Source of the DNA: Promethearchaeia archaeon
GTDB taxonomy: Archaea; Asgardarchaeota; Lokiarchaeia; Sigyniarchaeales; SOKP01
Direction of reading: 5' to 3'
Assembly: GCA_029856145.1 (NCBI GenBank)
Contig: JAHQWK010000023.1
Span: 32,001-96,000, forward strand
Length of the DNA stretch: 64,000 nucleotides
Shown: positions 21,239 to 31,166 of the stretch, piece after piece
Layout: each line of letters begins with the position of its first letter
Position numbering within the stretch: the first letter of the stretch is position 1
Made by a program: the position numbers and the translations under genes
The notes under the pieces: model-generated
Told to the model about the DNA's origin: nothing
The model's input: the letters and a program-made list of their open reading frames with translations, nothing else
Databases searched by the model: none

Positions 21239-21961
21239 TTATTTGGTGCTTAAATCTTTTTGAGCTAAAGATGAATCTGTTAATGATTTTTCCAATTTAC
21301 TTAAAACAAAATTTTGAAAATCTTTTCTAGAAAAGTCTGCTTGATCAAACTGGATTATTTCACTTGCAAGATTACCATTAAAGTTTTCACTTTGCTCGAT
21401 TATTCTCATATGTCTATCTACAATAGCAGCACCCAAAATTAGACTATAAGTATAGAAAGATAGCATTCCTGCATTAGACTCTTTAATTTCGTTATCATTA
21501 ATTCCATTCTGTATAACTTTTGCTGTACCCTTTAAAAAATTGAATTTTCGATATTCCTTTTCAAAAGGACCCATTTTATCAGAAGAAGGAGCCTCAATAA
21601 AATGCATCATACTAAAAGCTCCAAAATCTTTATCAGCAAACTGTAAAAAGTTTTCAAAAATCTTCATTAAAAGATCGATTGTTGATGTTTTATGATTTTT
21701 AATAATTTCGATATTTTCATCTCTATATTGATTAAAAAATTTATTCCGGATCGCAATCCACAATTCTCTCTTACTTTCTACATAATTATATAAATTATTC
21801 TGGTTCATTCCGAGGTTTTTTGCTAATCCTCGTAGACTGAAGCCATCTCTTCCCTTTTCTAAAAATAAGTCCTTTCCTGCTTTCAAAATCCGTTCAAATT
21901 GAGCTGCTTTTTTCTCAGGTGAACGACTTCGAGATTTTTTTTTTTTAGTCTTTACGCTCAT
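21239..21961 (-). CDS. TetR/AcrR family regulator
   Basis: ILKAGKDLFLEKGRDGFSLRGLAKNLGM..NLYNYVESKREL. Confidence 0.92.
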   Translation of the reverse strand: MSVKTKKKKSRSRSPEKKAAQFERILKAGKDLFLEKGRDGFSLRGLAKNLGMNQNNLYNYVESKRELWIAIRNKFFNQYRDENIEIIKNHKTSTIDLLMKIFENFLQFADKDFGAFSMMHFIEAPSSDKMGPFEKEYRKFNFLKGTAKVIQNGINDNEIKESNAGMLSFYTYSLILGAAIVDRHMRIIEQSENFNGNLASEIIQFDQADFSRKDFQNFVLSKLEKSLTDSSLAQKDLSTK

Positions 21962-22328
21962 CTTAAACTTCCATAAATTTCATTTAGAAAGATTCAATTA
22001 ATAAAATAATCGAAAATTAGTTTAAATTACATTTTTAATTAATTCATAACAAATTATTAAGATTAGCACATTGAAAAGAATATTTTCAGTATTAAATCAT
22101 CAGAAAAAAAATATTATTTATCAAGATTAAAAATTGTTATTAAGAGAGAAAAGTGAGAAGGGAATCATGAAACAGATAAAAATTAAAAGGTGATCATCTT
22201 CTCTTTTTTCTCTCTACTGAATAGATAAAATAGTGATCAATAAGAAATTTCATAAAAAATATTTAAACTTCGCAGATTTTTTCTAATTAAAATTTAATTT
22301 AAAAATAAAAAAGAGTAGTGGATTAAAA

Positions 22329-24605
22329 ATAGAAATAAAACAAAATGATGTCAAAATAATTAAAACTGGTTGTTGTCATGATTGCGGTGGGCGATGTGTT
22401 TTAAAAGCACATGTAAAAGATGGAAAAATTTTAAGATTTGAAACAGATAATGAGGAACTACCGCAATTAAGAGCCTGTTTGCGAGGAAGGGCATATAGAC
22501 AACGGGTCTACTCAGACGATAGACTTAGATCTCCGTTACGTCGAGTGGGTAATCGAGGTGAAGGTATATTTGAAAGAATATCTTGGGATGAAGCATTAAA
22601 TGAAGTGGCTAATAAGATTAAAGAGATAAAGCAAAAACATGGTAATTCTGCAATTTTACTTGTCCCTGGTGGAGGTAATCAAGGAATGCTACATGGCATT
22701 ATCCCTCATGCCTTAATGCTTCATCAAATCGGTGGGTATACTCGAATGTGGGGTGCTCCTTCTTACGAAGGGGCTCTTTTTGCTTCTATGGCAACCTATG
22801 GAACAATGATGACAGGGAATGCACGTGAAGATTTACTTAATTCTAAACTAATCATAATGTGGGGTTGGAATCCAGCAAATACTATTTGGGATCCTGGAAC
22901 CAGCTTATGGTTGGCTAAAGCCCGAGAACAAGGAATTAAAATTGTGTCAATTGATCCAATTTTTACAGATTCAGCAGCAGTTTTAGCTGATGAATGGATT
23001 CCTATTCGCCCCGGTACCGATACTGCTGCTCTTATTGCTATATCTTATGTTATAATAAGTGAAAACCTTCATGATATGGATTTTATAAAAAATTATACTA
23101 TTGGTTTTGAAAAATTTAGGGATTATGTACTTGGATTGGAAGATGATCAACCCAAAACACCTGAATGGGCAGAAGAAATAACTATGATTTCTGCAGAAAC
23201 TATTAGAAATTTGGCACGAGAGTATGCCATAAACAAACCAGCAGCGCTTATTGCAGGCTGGGGACCTGCTCGGACTGCTTTTGGAGAACAATATTCTCGA
23301 GCAGCAAATGTGTTATGTACAATAACGGGTAATATTGGAATTAATGGAGGATATGCCGCTGGTTTTATGAGATCGTATTATAGCCGTGAGAGAATTTTAA
23401 CGGGAAGTAAAAAAAAATCTGGCCCTTTCAAGCCTGATGATGAAACTCCTAAAAGACCAAGACTTCAAGATAATCCTGTTGATTTTGGAGCAGCTCCCCG
23501 CGAAGAAAGTTTATATAAATTAAAAGGTGGAACCAATCCCGCAAATACTCGTATTCACTATAATGATTATTATAATGCAATATTAAAAGGTTGTAAAGGG
23601 GGTTATCCTACTGATATTAAAATGGCTTATATTGCAGGAACTAATCGATTAAACCAGTTTCCCAATGTAAATAAAGGAGTCAAAGCGTTAAAATCTCTTG
23701 ATTTTATTGTAATTTATGAACAATTTATGACTCCAACAGCTCAATTAGCAGATATTGTTTTACCTGTAAACACTTTCATGGAACGCAATGATGTAGCAGT
23801 TCCTTGGCTAGGAGCACCCTATTATATCTATTTAAATAAAGCTATTGATTCTTTATATGAATCAAAATCTGATTTGGAAATATGTAAGGAATTATCTAAG
23901 AAATTAGATATTGAACAAAGTCTATTAGATTTACCTGAAGAACAAATCTTAAAGCTTTTTACAGCTCCTCGTAAAGATATAAAAAGTTATAATAAAATGA
24001 AAAGAGACGGATATTTTAAAGTTAAAGTAGATGAGCCTTTTATTGCTTTTAAGGATCAAATTGAAGACTTTGAAAAAAATCCTTTTCCTACTCTATCAGG
24101 TAAGATTGAGATTTATTGTGAACATATAGCTGAGAAAAATAATCCATTAATGCCTCCAATTCCTAAATATTTAACCCATGATGAGCATTATGACTCTCCC
24201 ATAGCAAAGAAGTATTCATTACAATTACTCACACCCCATAATAAAAGGAGAACTCATTCTAGTTTACATAATATCCCTTGGTTAGAAGAAATTGAGCCTC
24301 ATGCTGTTTGGATTAATCCAGTTGATGCATCGAAACGAAATATAAATAATGGGGATTTGGTAGATATTTTCAACGATCGAGGTAGAATGAGAATTCCCGC
24401 TAAGGTTACTGAACGTATAATACCGGGAGCAGTTTGTGTGTATCAAGGAGCATGGTATAATCCTGATAAGGACGGTGTGGATCTCGGAGGATGTGCTAAT
24501 ATCTTAACAAAGGATGTCTATTCTCCGGGAGGAGCCTTTCCTTTGAATAGTTCTTTAGTGGAAATAGAATTGTCTCCGAATAATAAATTGGAGGAGATGC
24601 AATGA
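22329..24605 (+). CDS. DMSO-reductase-family bis-MGD oxidoreductase catalytic subunit (DmsA-like), no Tat signal
   Basis: CCHDCGGRC...RACLRGR Fe-S motif lies upstream of TTG 22479; WGWNP, IRPGTDTA, TLSGKIE, RTHSS; ATA 22329 start is inferred. Confidence 0.88.
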   Translation: MEIKQNDVKIIKTGCCHDCGGRCVLKAHVKDGKILRFETDNEELPQLRACLRGRAYRQRVYSDDRLRSPLRRVGNRGEGIFERISWDEALNEVANKIKEIKQKHGNSAILLVPGGGNQGMLHGIIPHALMLHQIGGYTRMWGAPSYEGALFASMATYGTMMTGNAREDLLNSKLIIMWGWNPANTIWDPGTSLWLAKAREQGIKIVSIDPIFTDSAAVLADEWIPIRPGTDTAALIAISYVIISENLHDMDFIKNYTIGFEKFRDYVLGLEDDQPKTPEWAEEITMISAETIRNLAREYAINKPAALIAGWGPARTAFGEQYSRAANVLCTITGNIGINGGYAAGFMRSYYSRERILTGSKKKSGPFKPDDETPKRPRLQDNPVDFGAAPREESLYKLKGGTNPANTRIHYNDYYNAILKGCKGGYPTDIKMAYIAGTNRLNQFPNVNKGVKALKSLDFIVIYEQFMTPTAQLADIVLPVNTFMERNDVAVPWLGAPYYIYLNKAIDSLYESKSDLEICKELSKKLDIEQSLLDLPEEQILKLFTAPRKDIKSYNKMKRDGYFKVKVDEPFIAFKDQIEDFEKNPFPTLSGKIEIYCEHIAEKNNPLMPPIPKYLTHDEHYDSPIAKKYSLQLLTPHNKRRTHSSLHNIPWLEEIEPHAVWINPVDASKRNINNGDLVDIFNDRGRMRIPAKVTERIIPGAVCVYQGAWYNPDKDGVDLGGCANILTKDVYSPGGAFPLNSSLVEIELSPNNKLEEMQ

Positions 24606-25168
24606 ATCAGATGGGATTTTATTTCGATCAAACACGTTGTATAGGTTGTTATACATGTTCTGTTGCGTGTAAAGACTGGCACAATATTCCAGAGAAAGTA
24701 AATTGGAGACAAATCAAAGTTTTAGAAGATGGAAAATTTCCTAATTTATATCTAGCTTATCTTTCTTCTTCTTGTTATCATTGTAAAGAACCACCTTGTA
24801 TTAAAGTTTGTCCCGTGGGCGCAATAAAGAAGAGAGAAAAAGATGGTATTGTCATTGTTGAATCTAGTAAATGTTTAGGTAATGAAGAATGTGATTCGAA
24901 ATGTCTAAAGGCTTGTCCTTATGATATTCCGCAGTTTGGTCCTGAAAGAGGAGGAAAAATGCAAAAATGTGATTTTTGTTTAGAACGTTTAGAAAAAGGA
25001 CAACAAACTATTTGTGTTGAGGCTTGTCCCATGTTTGCTCTTGATGCGGGCCCTTTAGATGAGTTAAAGGATAAATATGGAGATGTAGTTGAAGCAGAAG
25101 GTTTTAAGTATTTTGAGAAATTTAAACCATCTATATTACATAAACCTAAATTAAAAAACTTAGATTAA
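24602..25168 (+). CDS. DmsB-like 4Fe-4S subunit
   Basis: CIGCYTCSVAC, CYHCKEPPCIKVCP, CLKACPY, KCDFC, CVEACP. Confidence 0.93.
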   Translation: MNQMGFYFDQTRCIGCYTCSVACKDWHNIPEKVNWRQIKVLEDGKFPNLYLAYLSSSCYHCKEPPCIKVCPVGAIKKREKDGIVIVESSKCLGNEECDSKCLKACPYDIPQFGPERGGKMQKCDFCLERLEKGQQTICVEACPMFALDAGPLDELKDKYGDVVEAEGFKYFEKFKPSILHKPKLKNLD

Positions 25169-25261
25169 TAAATTATTCAAATTTTTAAATAAAATATCTT
25201 AATTTTTTATTTTATTAGATAATTTCATTATATTATAGAATTTTAAAGAAGTGAAAATGAA

Positions 25262-26557
25262 TTGGAACTAAAGGAAGTATGGTTAATTGATTATGCCCGG
25301 ACCGCATTTTCTCGTTCTAGGCCAAATCAACCTGAAAGAGATGTGTTTGGTGAAATTCGTGGAGACGAATTACTTGCTAGACTCATTATGAAATTTTTTG
25401 ATAGAAAGTTAGCTGATAAAGGAATAACAAAGAAAGATATTGAGGAAGTCTCTGTAGGAGTTGCTTCAGGGGTTCTTGAAAACTGGACTTACGGGGCGAA
25501 AATTCCTCTTTACTTATCGGGATTTCCAAATGAAGTTTCTTCCTTCTTTATAGATAAACAATGTGCTTCAGCAGGTGCCGGAATGCATATGTTAACAATG
25601 GAAATCATGACAGGGAATACTAAGTGTGCATTAGCAACTGGTTTTGAACATATGACCCGTATTAGAAGAATTGGTATAGACCCCGCAATAGAGAGATATG
25701 AAGATGAGAATAGCATCTTTTATCATCCAGAATATGATATGGTTAATTCAACTAACATGCTACAAACAGCACAAAGATTATATGAAGAAGAAGTACCTAA
25801 ATTTACAAAAGAAGATATGGATAAATTTGGAGTGAGATCGCATAATTTAACTATTAAAAGCCAAGAAGAAAAATGGTTCACATCTGGTGTGAATGGTGGG
25901 GAAATTATTCCAATTGAAGCTCACTTAGAAGGGAATGTTGAAGAGTCAATAATGGTAGATAGGGATATGGCAGCTAGAAAATCTACTTTGGAAGGAGTTG
26001 CTGGATTACGTAGAATATCTGTTCCTTTTTATTTGGAGAAAAATGGAGGTAAAAAGGGTTATATTAAAAGAGAAGGCACTGAGGAAGGGGTGATAACAGC
26101 CGGAAATTCTTCTCCCTTGAATGCAGGAGCTACAGCTGCAGTCCTTATGGAAGCAGAAGAAGCGAAAAAGAGAGACCTTGAACCCTTGGCCCGCATAGTT
26201 TCAATTGGTTGGGCAGGAGTGGATCCAAGAGTTATGGGACGGGGTCCTGTTCCTGCTACCCGCAAAGCCTTAGAATATGCTAATTTAAGTGCTGAAGATA
26301 TCGATTATTGGGAAATTAACGAAGCTTTTTGTATCGTTGCCTTAAATTGTATGGAAAAATTCAATATTCCAGAAGAAAAAGTTAATATTATGGGAGGATC
26401 AACTGCAATTGGCCATCCATTAGGAGCTACAATGCTTCGCCTTACAGGAACATTAGCAAGAATTTTAAGAGATAAGAAAGCAAAATACGGAGTGGCTAAC
26501 GCTTGTTGTGGCGGCGGACAGGGAGTTGCGACTATTATAGAGAATTTTAATATATAA
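25262..26557 (+). CDS. Acetyl-CoA C-acyltransferase (thiolase)
   Basis: [39 protein letters not shown]. Confidence 0.93.
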   Translation: MELKEVWLIDYARTAFSRSRPNQPERDVFGEIRGDELLARLIMKFFDRKLADKGITKKDIEEVSVGVASGVLENWTYGAKIPLYLSGFPNEVSSFFIDKQCASAGAGMHMLTMEIMTGNTKCALATGFEHMTRIRRIGIDPAIERYEDENSIFYHPEYDMVNSTNMLQTAQRLYEEEVPKFTKEDMDKFGVRSHNLTIKSQEEKWFTSGVNGGEIIPIEAHLEGNVEESIMVDRDMAARKSTLEGVAGLRRISVPFYLEKNGGKKGYIKREGTEEGVITAGNSSPLNAGATAAVLMEAEEAKKRDLEPLARIVSIGWAGVDPRVMGRGPVPATRKALEYANLSAEDIDYWEINEAFCIVALNCMEKFNIPEEKVNIMGGSTAIGHPLGATMLRLTGTLARILRDKKAKYGVANACCGGGQGVATIIENFNI

Positions 26558-26747
26558 AATTAACTATTATCTTAAGATCTATCATTAAGATAATTTTAAA
26601 TTAATATTAGAGCTAATTTTTCCTTTTTCTTAAACATAAATTTAAATTGATCTTCTAGGTTATTTAATTATCTGACTGAATTAATGAATTAAATTTAACT
26701 AAATATTAAATTTCTAACATTTTATTTAATTTAAATATGATTTAATT

Positions 26748-29606
26748 ATGGAAGTTTTTTTGAAAAGGGCTGAACGTTCTTTTAAGAGTAAGATTGGAGA
26801 AGATAAAACAAATACTATTTTAAATAATATAAAAAAAGCTACTAATGAAATTCCTGCTAAATTCAGGAGAACAATTGGTTCAGAAATACCGAAATTCTTA
26901 TTTAATTACTCACAAGAGATTGAAGATGTGTCTCCTGCGATTACTGAGGGTGTTTTGAATTATATTTTCATATTTGCAGAGTCATTGAAAGATCTCGTAA
27001 ATAAGGATAGAAATCAAGTAAATCAAATGTTAATAAATAGAAGTAATAGTGAAATGCGAAATCTTTCAGATTTATTAAATGCATTTGTTGAAAAAGCAAA
27101 AAAAGGTGAAGCAATAGAAAATCTCGAAACTTTTGAAGATTTATTGATATATATGGTTGGTGGAAAAGCAGAAGTCACCCAGATGAACGATGTTGAATTA
27201 TTTTTTAAGCGAGCTGATAAGAATTTTTCTGAAAGATTAGGAGAAGTAAAATTTCAATTTTATTCAGAAGAACTTAAGAAATCATTCAAACAAATCGATG
27301 AATTACATCGAGATCAAATGAGCTCCGAAATTTCAAAATATTTATTCAAGTTCTCCCAAAATATTGATAACTTTTCTACAGAAACATTAGACAGTATATT
27401 GGCACAAATTTTGTTATTTTCTAATTCAATAACTGATTTAGATGGAAAAACATGGGATCAAATTAATCAAGAAATAAGAAGAAGAAGTAACAATAAATTG
27501 CATTCTTTAGTTGATTTATTCAAAGCGTTTTTAGAAGAAGCTAAAGAAGGAAATTTATTAGAAAATAACAATGAACTTGAAGATATATTAACTCATTTAT
27601 TTGGAGAAGAAGAAGAGCGAGTTCAATTTACAGATATAGAAGCTTTTTTAAAAAGAGCAGAAAAAAAATATGCATTAATTCTCGGACAAGATATGATTCA
27701 AATGCTTATGGAAGAACTATTAGATGCAATTGATCAAATTCCCGAGCAACATAGAGAGTACCTCGGATCGGATCTTGCAAAATATTTATTTAAATATTCA
27801 GAAACCGCTTCAATTCACGATCCAGAGAATTTAGAATTAATATTTAATGGAGCAATTATGTTCGCTAATTCATTGGTCGATATTGGGGATTCAAATAAGG
27901 CAGAAGTTAATCAATTCATTATAAATAGATCGAATCATAAAGTCCGTGGATTATTCGATTTATATCTAGCATTTCTTGAAAAAAATAAAGTTCGTATGCC
28001 TTTTTCTCTAGAACCAAATTTTGATGAAATCCTTGTTCATACACTGGGGAGATATAGTGGTCCGAAAGTTCTAGAGCAAGGAGGATTAATTCATGACTTA
28101 TTGTTAGATCATCATGAAGAAATTCCATCAGCAATCGAGCATTCAAGTTGGGCGAAAGCTTTAATTGAAATAATCCCTCGCTATTTAGATATTCTACCAA
28201 AAGCTGAAGGAGATCGAATTTTAGACTTTTTATGGGAAAACAAATTACCAGAGGATGAAATTATTGAGAAATATAGAACTAAAATTTTGGAATTTCCTAG
28301 AGAAAAAGAAAAAACATTCATGTTCAGATTAATGAATATGCTAACAAATCAGATTTTAGTTGATGAAGTGAAAGACAAAGTATTAGCAGGATCTTTAGCT
28401 CTTAGAATCCTTGGAGGCATTTTTGTGGAAATTTTTGGTGGACGAAATGCCCAAATACGAGCAATTCGGCTTAATCAATTATTAAAAGATAGAAAAGTTT
28501 CAAATTTAGAAAATAAAAAGAAAATTGATGAGCACATTAACAAAATACTGGAAGAAGATTTGAAAGCTATTCAAAAAAGAACTATGACAATAAACACTAT
28601 TATTCCAATATTGACTAAGAAAAGATATTTCATTAAAACTTACGATATAGTTACAAAAGACTTTCCAGAATTTATTGTCAAAATGATCACTGTGAGAGAG
28701 GAGGAGCGATTGAAGGATATTGGTGAAGAATATAAGAAGCCAGGCATTTCAGGAGAGTTAATACAACTAGTTAATGATTTTTTGATTGAGCTTGAATTAG
28801 CAAGAAGATTCTATAAAAAATATTTTGAAGAAATGTATTCAATAGCTATGGATGCTCAAAAAAATATGTTAACTATTAGAAAATTCTTTAAATCTTTGGT
28901 GGAACTTAGTGACAATATAGAAGCTATTGAGTTTTTTGAGAGACCTATTGCAAATACAGAACACACGATTTACATTTCGTTATTAAAATATTTGTATGAG
29001 TGTTTACCAGAAGTGTTTGAGATAACTCGAACCATTCTTGATGAACAAGAATATCAAAAGAAGATAATGAAATTAGATACTTATCTAAGTAATTGGAAAC
29101 TAGAACAACTAAATTTAGAAATCAGAGAAACTGAAAACAAAATTAATGAATATGAAGAGATGGAAGAATGGGACGCTACAGATAAGATAAGGAATTTAAC
29201 TAAATTTCTTAATAGGGACAAAAATGAGCTTAAATTCTATGATATAATGTTTAAACTCCTCAAAGAAACAGAAAAAGCTGGTGAAATTATAAATAAAAGA
29301 TTAGATTTCTCAAAAAATCTTTTAAAATTTTCAGACTCTATAAAAAAGGTACATCCCAACCTCCCAGCAGCTTTAAATGATTACTTGGAAAATTTATATG
29401 ACTTCACTCAAGAAATAGATAAAATCATAGAAGAATTAAAAAAGAAAAGTTCTTCTGGTATTATATCTCCTTTTGATTTTAGAGAAAGGAATGATGCAGC
29501 AGAAATATCAAAAAAAGAATTAAAATCTCTCTGTTCAAATGAAGATTTTATGAATCATATTAAATCTATGTTAGAAATCTCAAAAACAAATAAGTTACAA
29601 TATTAA
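26748..29606 (+). CDS. 952-aa helical protein with three N-terminal 148-aa repeats
   Basis: Repeats start at aa 1, 149 and 297; coiled-coil-like C-terminus. Confidence 0.85.
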   Translation: MEVFLKRAERSFKSKIGEDKTNTILNNIKKATNEIPAKFRRTIGSEIPKFLFNYSQEIEDVSPAITEGVLNYIFIFAESLKDLVNKDRNQVNQMLINRSNSEMRNLSDLLNAFVEKAKKGEAIENLETFEDLLIYMVGGKAEVTQMNDVELFFKRADKNFSERLGEVKFQFYSEELKKSFKQIDELHRDQMSSEISKYLFKFSQNIDNFSTETLDSILAQILLFSNSITDLDGKTWDQINQEIRRRSNNKLHSLVDLFKAFLEEAKEGNLLENNNELEDILTHLFGEEEERVQFTDIEAFLKRAEKKYALILGQDMIQMLMEELLDAIDQIPEQHREYLGSDLAKYLFKYSETASIHDPENLELIFNGAIMFANSLVDIGDSNKAEVNQFIINRSNHKVRGLFDLYLAFLEKNKVRMPFSLEPNFDEILVHTLGRYSGPKVLEQGGLIHDLLLDHHEEIPSAIEHSSWAKALIEIIPRYLDILPKAEGDRILDFLWENKLPEDEIIEKYRTKILEFPREKEKTFMFRLMNMLTNQILVDEVKDKVLAGSLALRILGGIFVEIFGGRNAQIRAIRLNQLLKDRKVSNLENKKKIDEHINKILEEDLKAIQKRTMTINTIIPILTKKRYFIKTYDIVTKDFPEFIVKMITVREEERLKDIGEEYKKPGISGELIQLVNDFLIELELARRFYKKYFEEMYSIAMDAQKNMLTIRKFFKSLVELSDNIEAIEFFERPIANTEHTIYISLLKYLYECLPEVFEITRTILDEQEYQKKIMKLDTYLSNWKLEQLNLEIRETENKINEYEEMEEWDATDKIRNLTKFLNRDKNELKFYDIMFKLLKETEKAGEIINKRLDFSKNLLKFSDSIKKVHPNLPAALNDYLENLYDFTQEIDKIIEELKKKSSSGIISPFDFRERNDAAEISKKELKSLCSNEDFMNHIKSMLEISKTNKLQY

Positions 29607-29620
29607 GAAAAGAATTTTAT

Positions 29621-31066
29621 TCAATCAATCTCAAGAATCCTTTTTACTAATTTTTTCTTTTCTGCTAAATTAGCTTGACGAGATATCATAATTCTTTGTG
29701 CTTGAGGAGACCCCGCTCCATGCATAGACTCTGTTTTATAACTGACAGAAGCTACACCCATAGTTAGGTTCTCTATAAAACGTAAAACTTTATATCTATC
29801 TTCAGCACAAATTCCTTCACATGTAGTCAAGTACTTTTCAATTAAAGGCCCTATTTCTTCCGATTTAAGATCTGCCTCAGAAGGCATTGTACAAATCATA
29901 CCTCCTGCAATATCTTCAGCAAGTCTTCCAATTTCATAGGGAAAGCGTGTAACATTTTGTTTACATACATTAGCTAATAACATATCCATTTCATAGTTTC
30001 CTGCTTCTCTTTGAAAACCTAATGAACTACATGCAATCCCACAACTATATAAAGTTTCATTTAAATGTGTCATTTCAACAAGTTTATCTCTAATATGTGA
30101 TGCTTTTTCAGTACCATTATATTCTGAGATTAGAGCTGTCGCTCCTATTAACACGTCTCCAACACCCACTTTACATCCACCATAAGATTGTCGGTGAAAT
30201 CCTGCAAATCGATTAACTAATTCTCCCGAAAATTCAACTTCACCCTTCATAAAAATATTTTCTTTAGGAATAAAGACATCATCGAAGATTACAAAAATTT
30301 CTTGACCTCCATACTTGAAATTACCGATATCTAATTTACCATCTTCTATCTTCCGTGTATCGCACGATTGTCTCCCATATACTAATGTTATTCCCTTTTC
30401 ATTTGTATCTATTCCAAAACTTACAGCATATTCCTCTTCACCTAGTCTTAATGAAAGAGTAGGCATAATGATTGCCCGATGTGAGTTAAGAAATCCTGTT
30501 TGATGTACTTTAGCCCCTCTAACTATGAGCCCATCATCATTCTCATTAACTATATGTAGATAAGCATCAGGATCTGGTTGATCTTTGGGTCTTTTACTTC
30601 GATCTCCCTTAGTATCTGTCATTGCCCCATCAACCATTAGATCTTGTATTTGAACTTCAGTCCAATATTTTATAAATCGTTTATGATAGTTTGTATTATT
30701 TTTTTTATCCATTTCATAAGTAATACTGTATAAAGCATTCGCAGTGTCAAAACCTACACATCTTTGAAAACAACAGACTGTATATTGCCCCAATAATCTT
30801 TGCATTTTAACTTTTTTTACTAAATCCTCTGTAGATTGGTGAATATGAGTGAATCGATTTATGATTTCTCCAGTAAGATGTGATTTTGTCGTCATTATAT
30901 CTTTATATTCTTCCATTTGGGCTAATTCATAAATCTTCATTACAGTATTAATTGAAGGTTTGATAATCGGATGATTCCAAAATTCCTTTACTTTTTCACC
31001 AAACAAATATAAATTTACTGGACGTTTAATACTTTCTAAATACTCTTCAGGTGTTTTTAATGGCAT
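29621..31066 (-). CDS. abfD: 4-hydroxybutyryl-CoA dehydratase
   Basis: CFQRCVGFD, MTDTKGDRS, FHRQSYGGCK, HGAGSPQAQ. Confidence 0.9.
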   Translation of the reverse strand: MPLKTPEEYLESIKRPVNLYLFGEKVKEFWNHPIIKPSINTVMKIYELAQMEEYKDIMTTKSHLTGEIINRFTHIHQSTEDLVKKVKMQRLLGQYTVCCFQRCVGFDTANALYSITYEMDKKNNTNYHKRFIKYWTEVQIQDLMVDGAMTDTKGDRSKRPKDQPDPDAYLHIVNENDDGLIVRGAKVHQTGFLNSHRAIIMPTLSLRLGEEEYAVSFGIDTNEKGITLVYGRQSCDTRKIEDGKLDIGNFKYGGQEIFVIFDDVFIPKENIFMKGEVEFSGELVNRFAGFHRQSYGGCKVGVGDVLIGATALISEYNGTEKASHIRDKLVEMTHLNETLYSCGIACSSLGFQREAGNYEMDMLLANVCKQNVTRFPYEIGRLAEDIAGGMICTMPSEADLKSEEIGPLIEKYLTTCEGICAEDRYKVLRFIENLTMGVASVSYKTESMHGAGSPQAQRIMISRQANLAEKKKLVKRILEID

Positions 31067-31166
31067 GATCTAGTTAATTCTTATAATTTTGTATTAGTTA
31101 ATTAGAAGAAAATTGAATTTTTATAGATACCTAAATTAAATAATGAGAGAAATTAAGCTTTTAATT

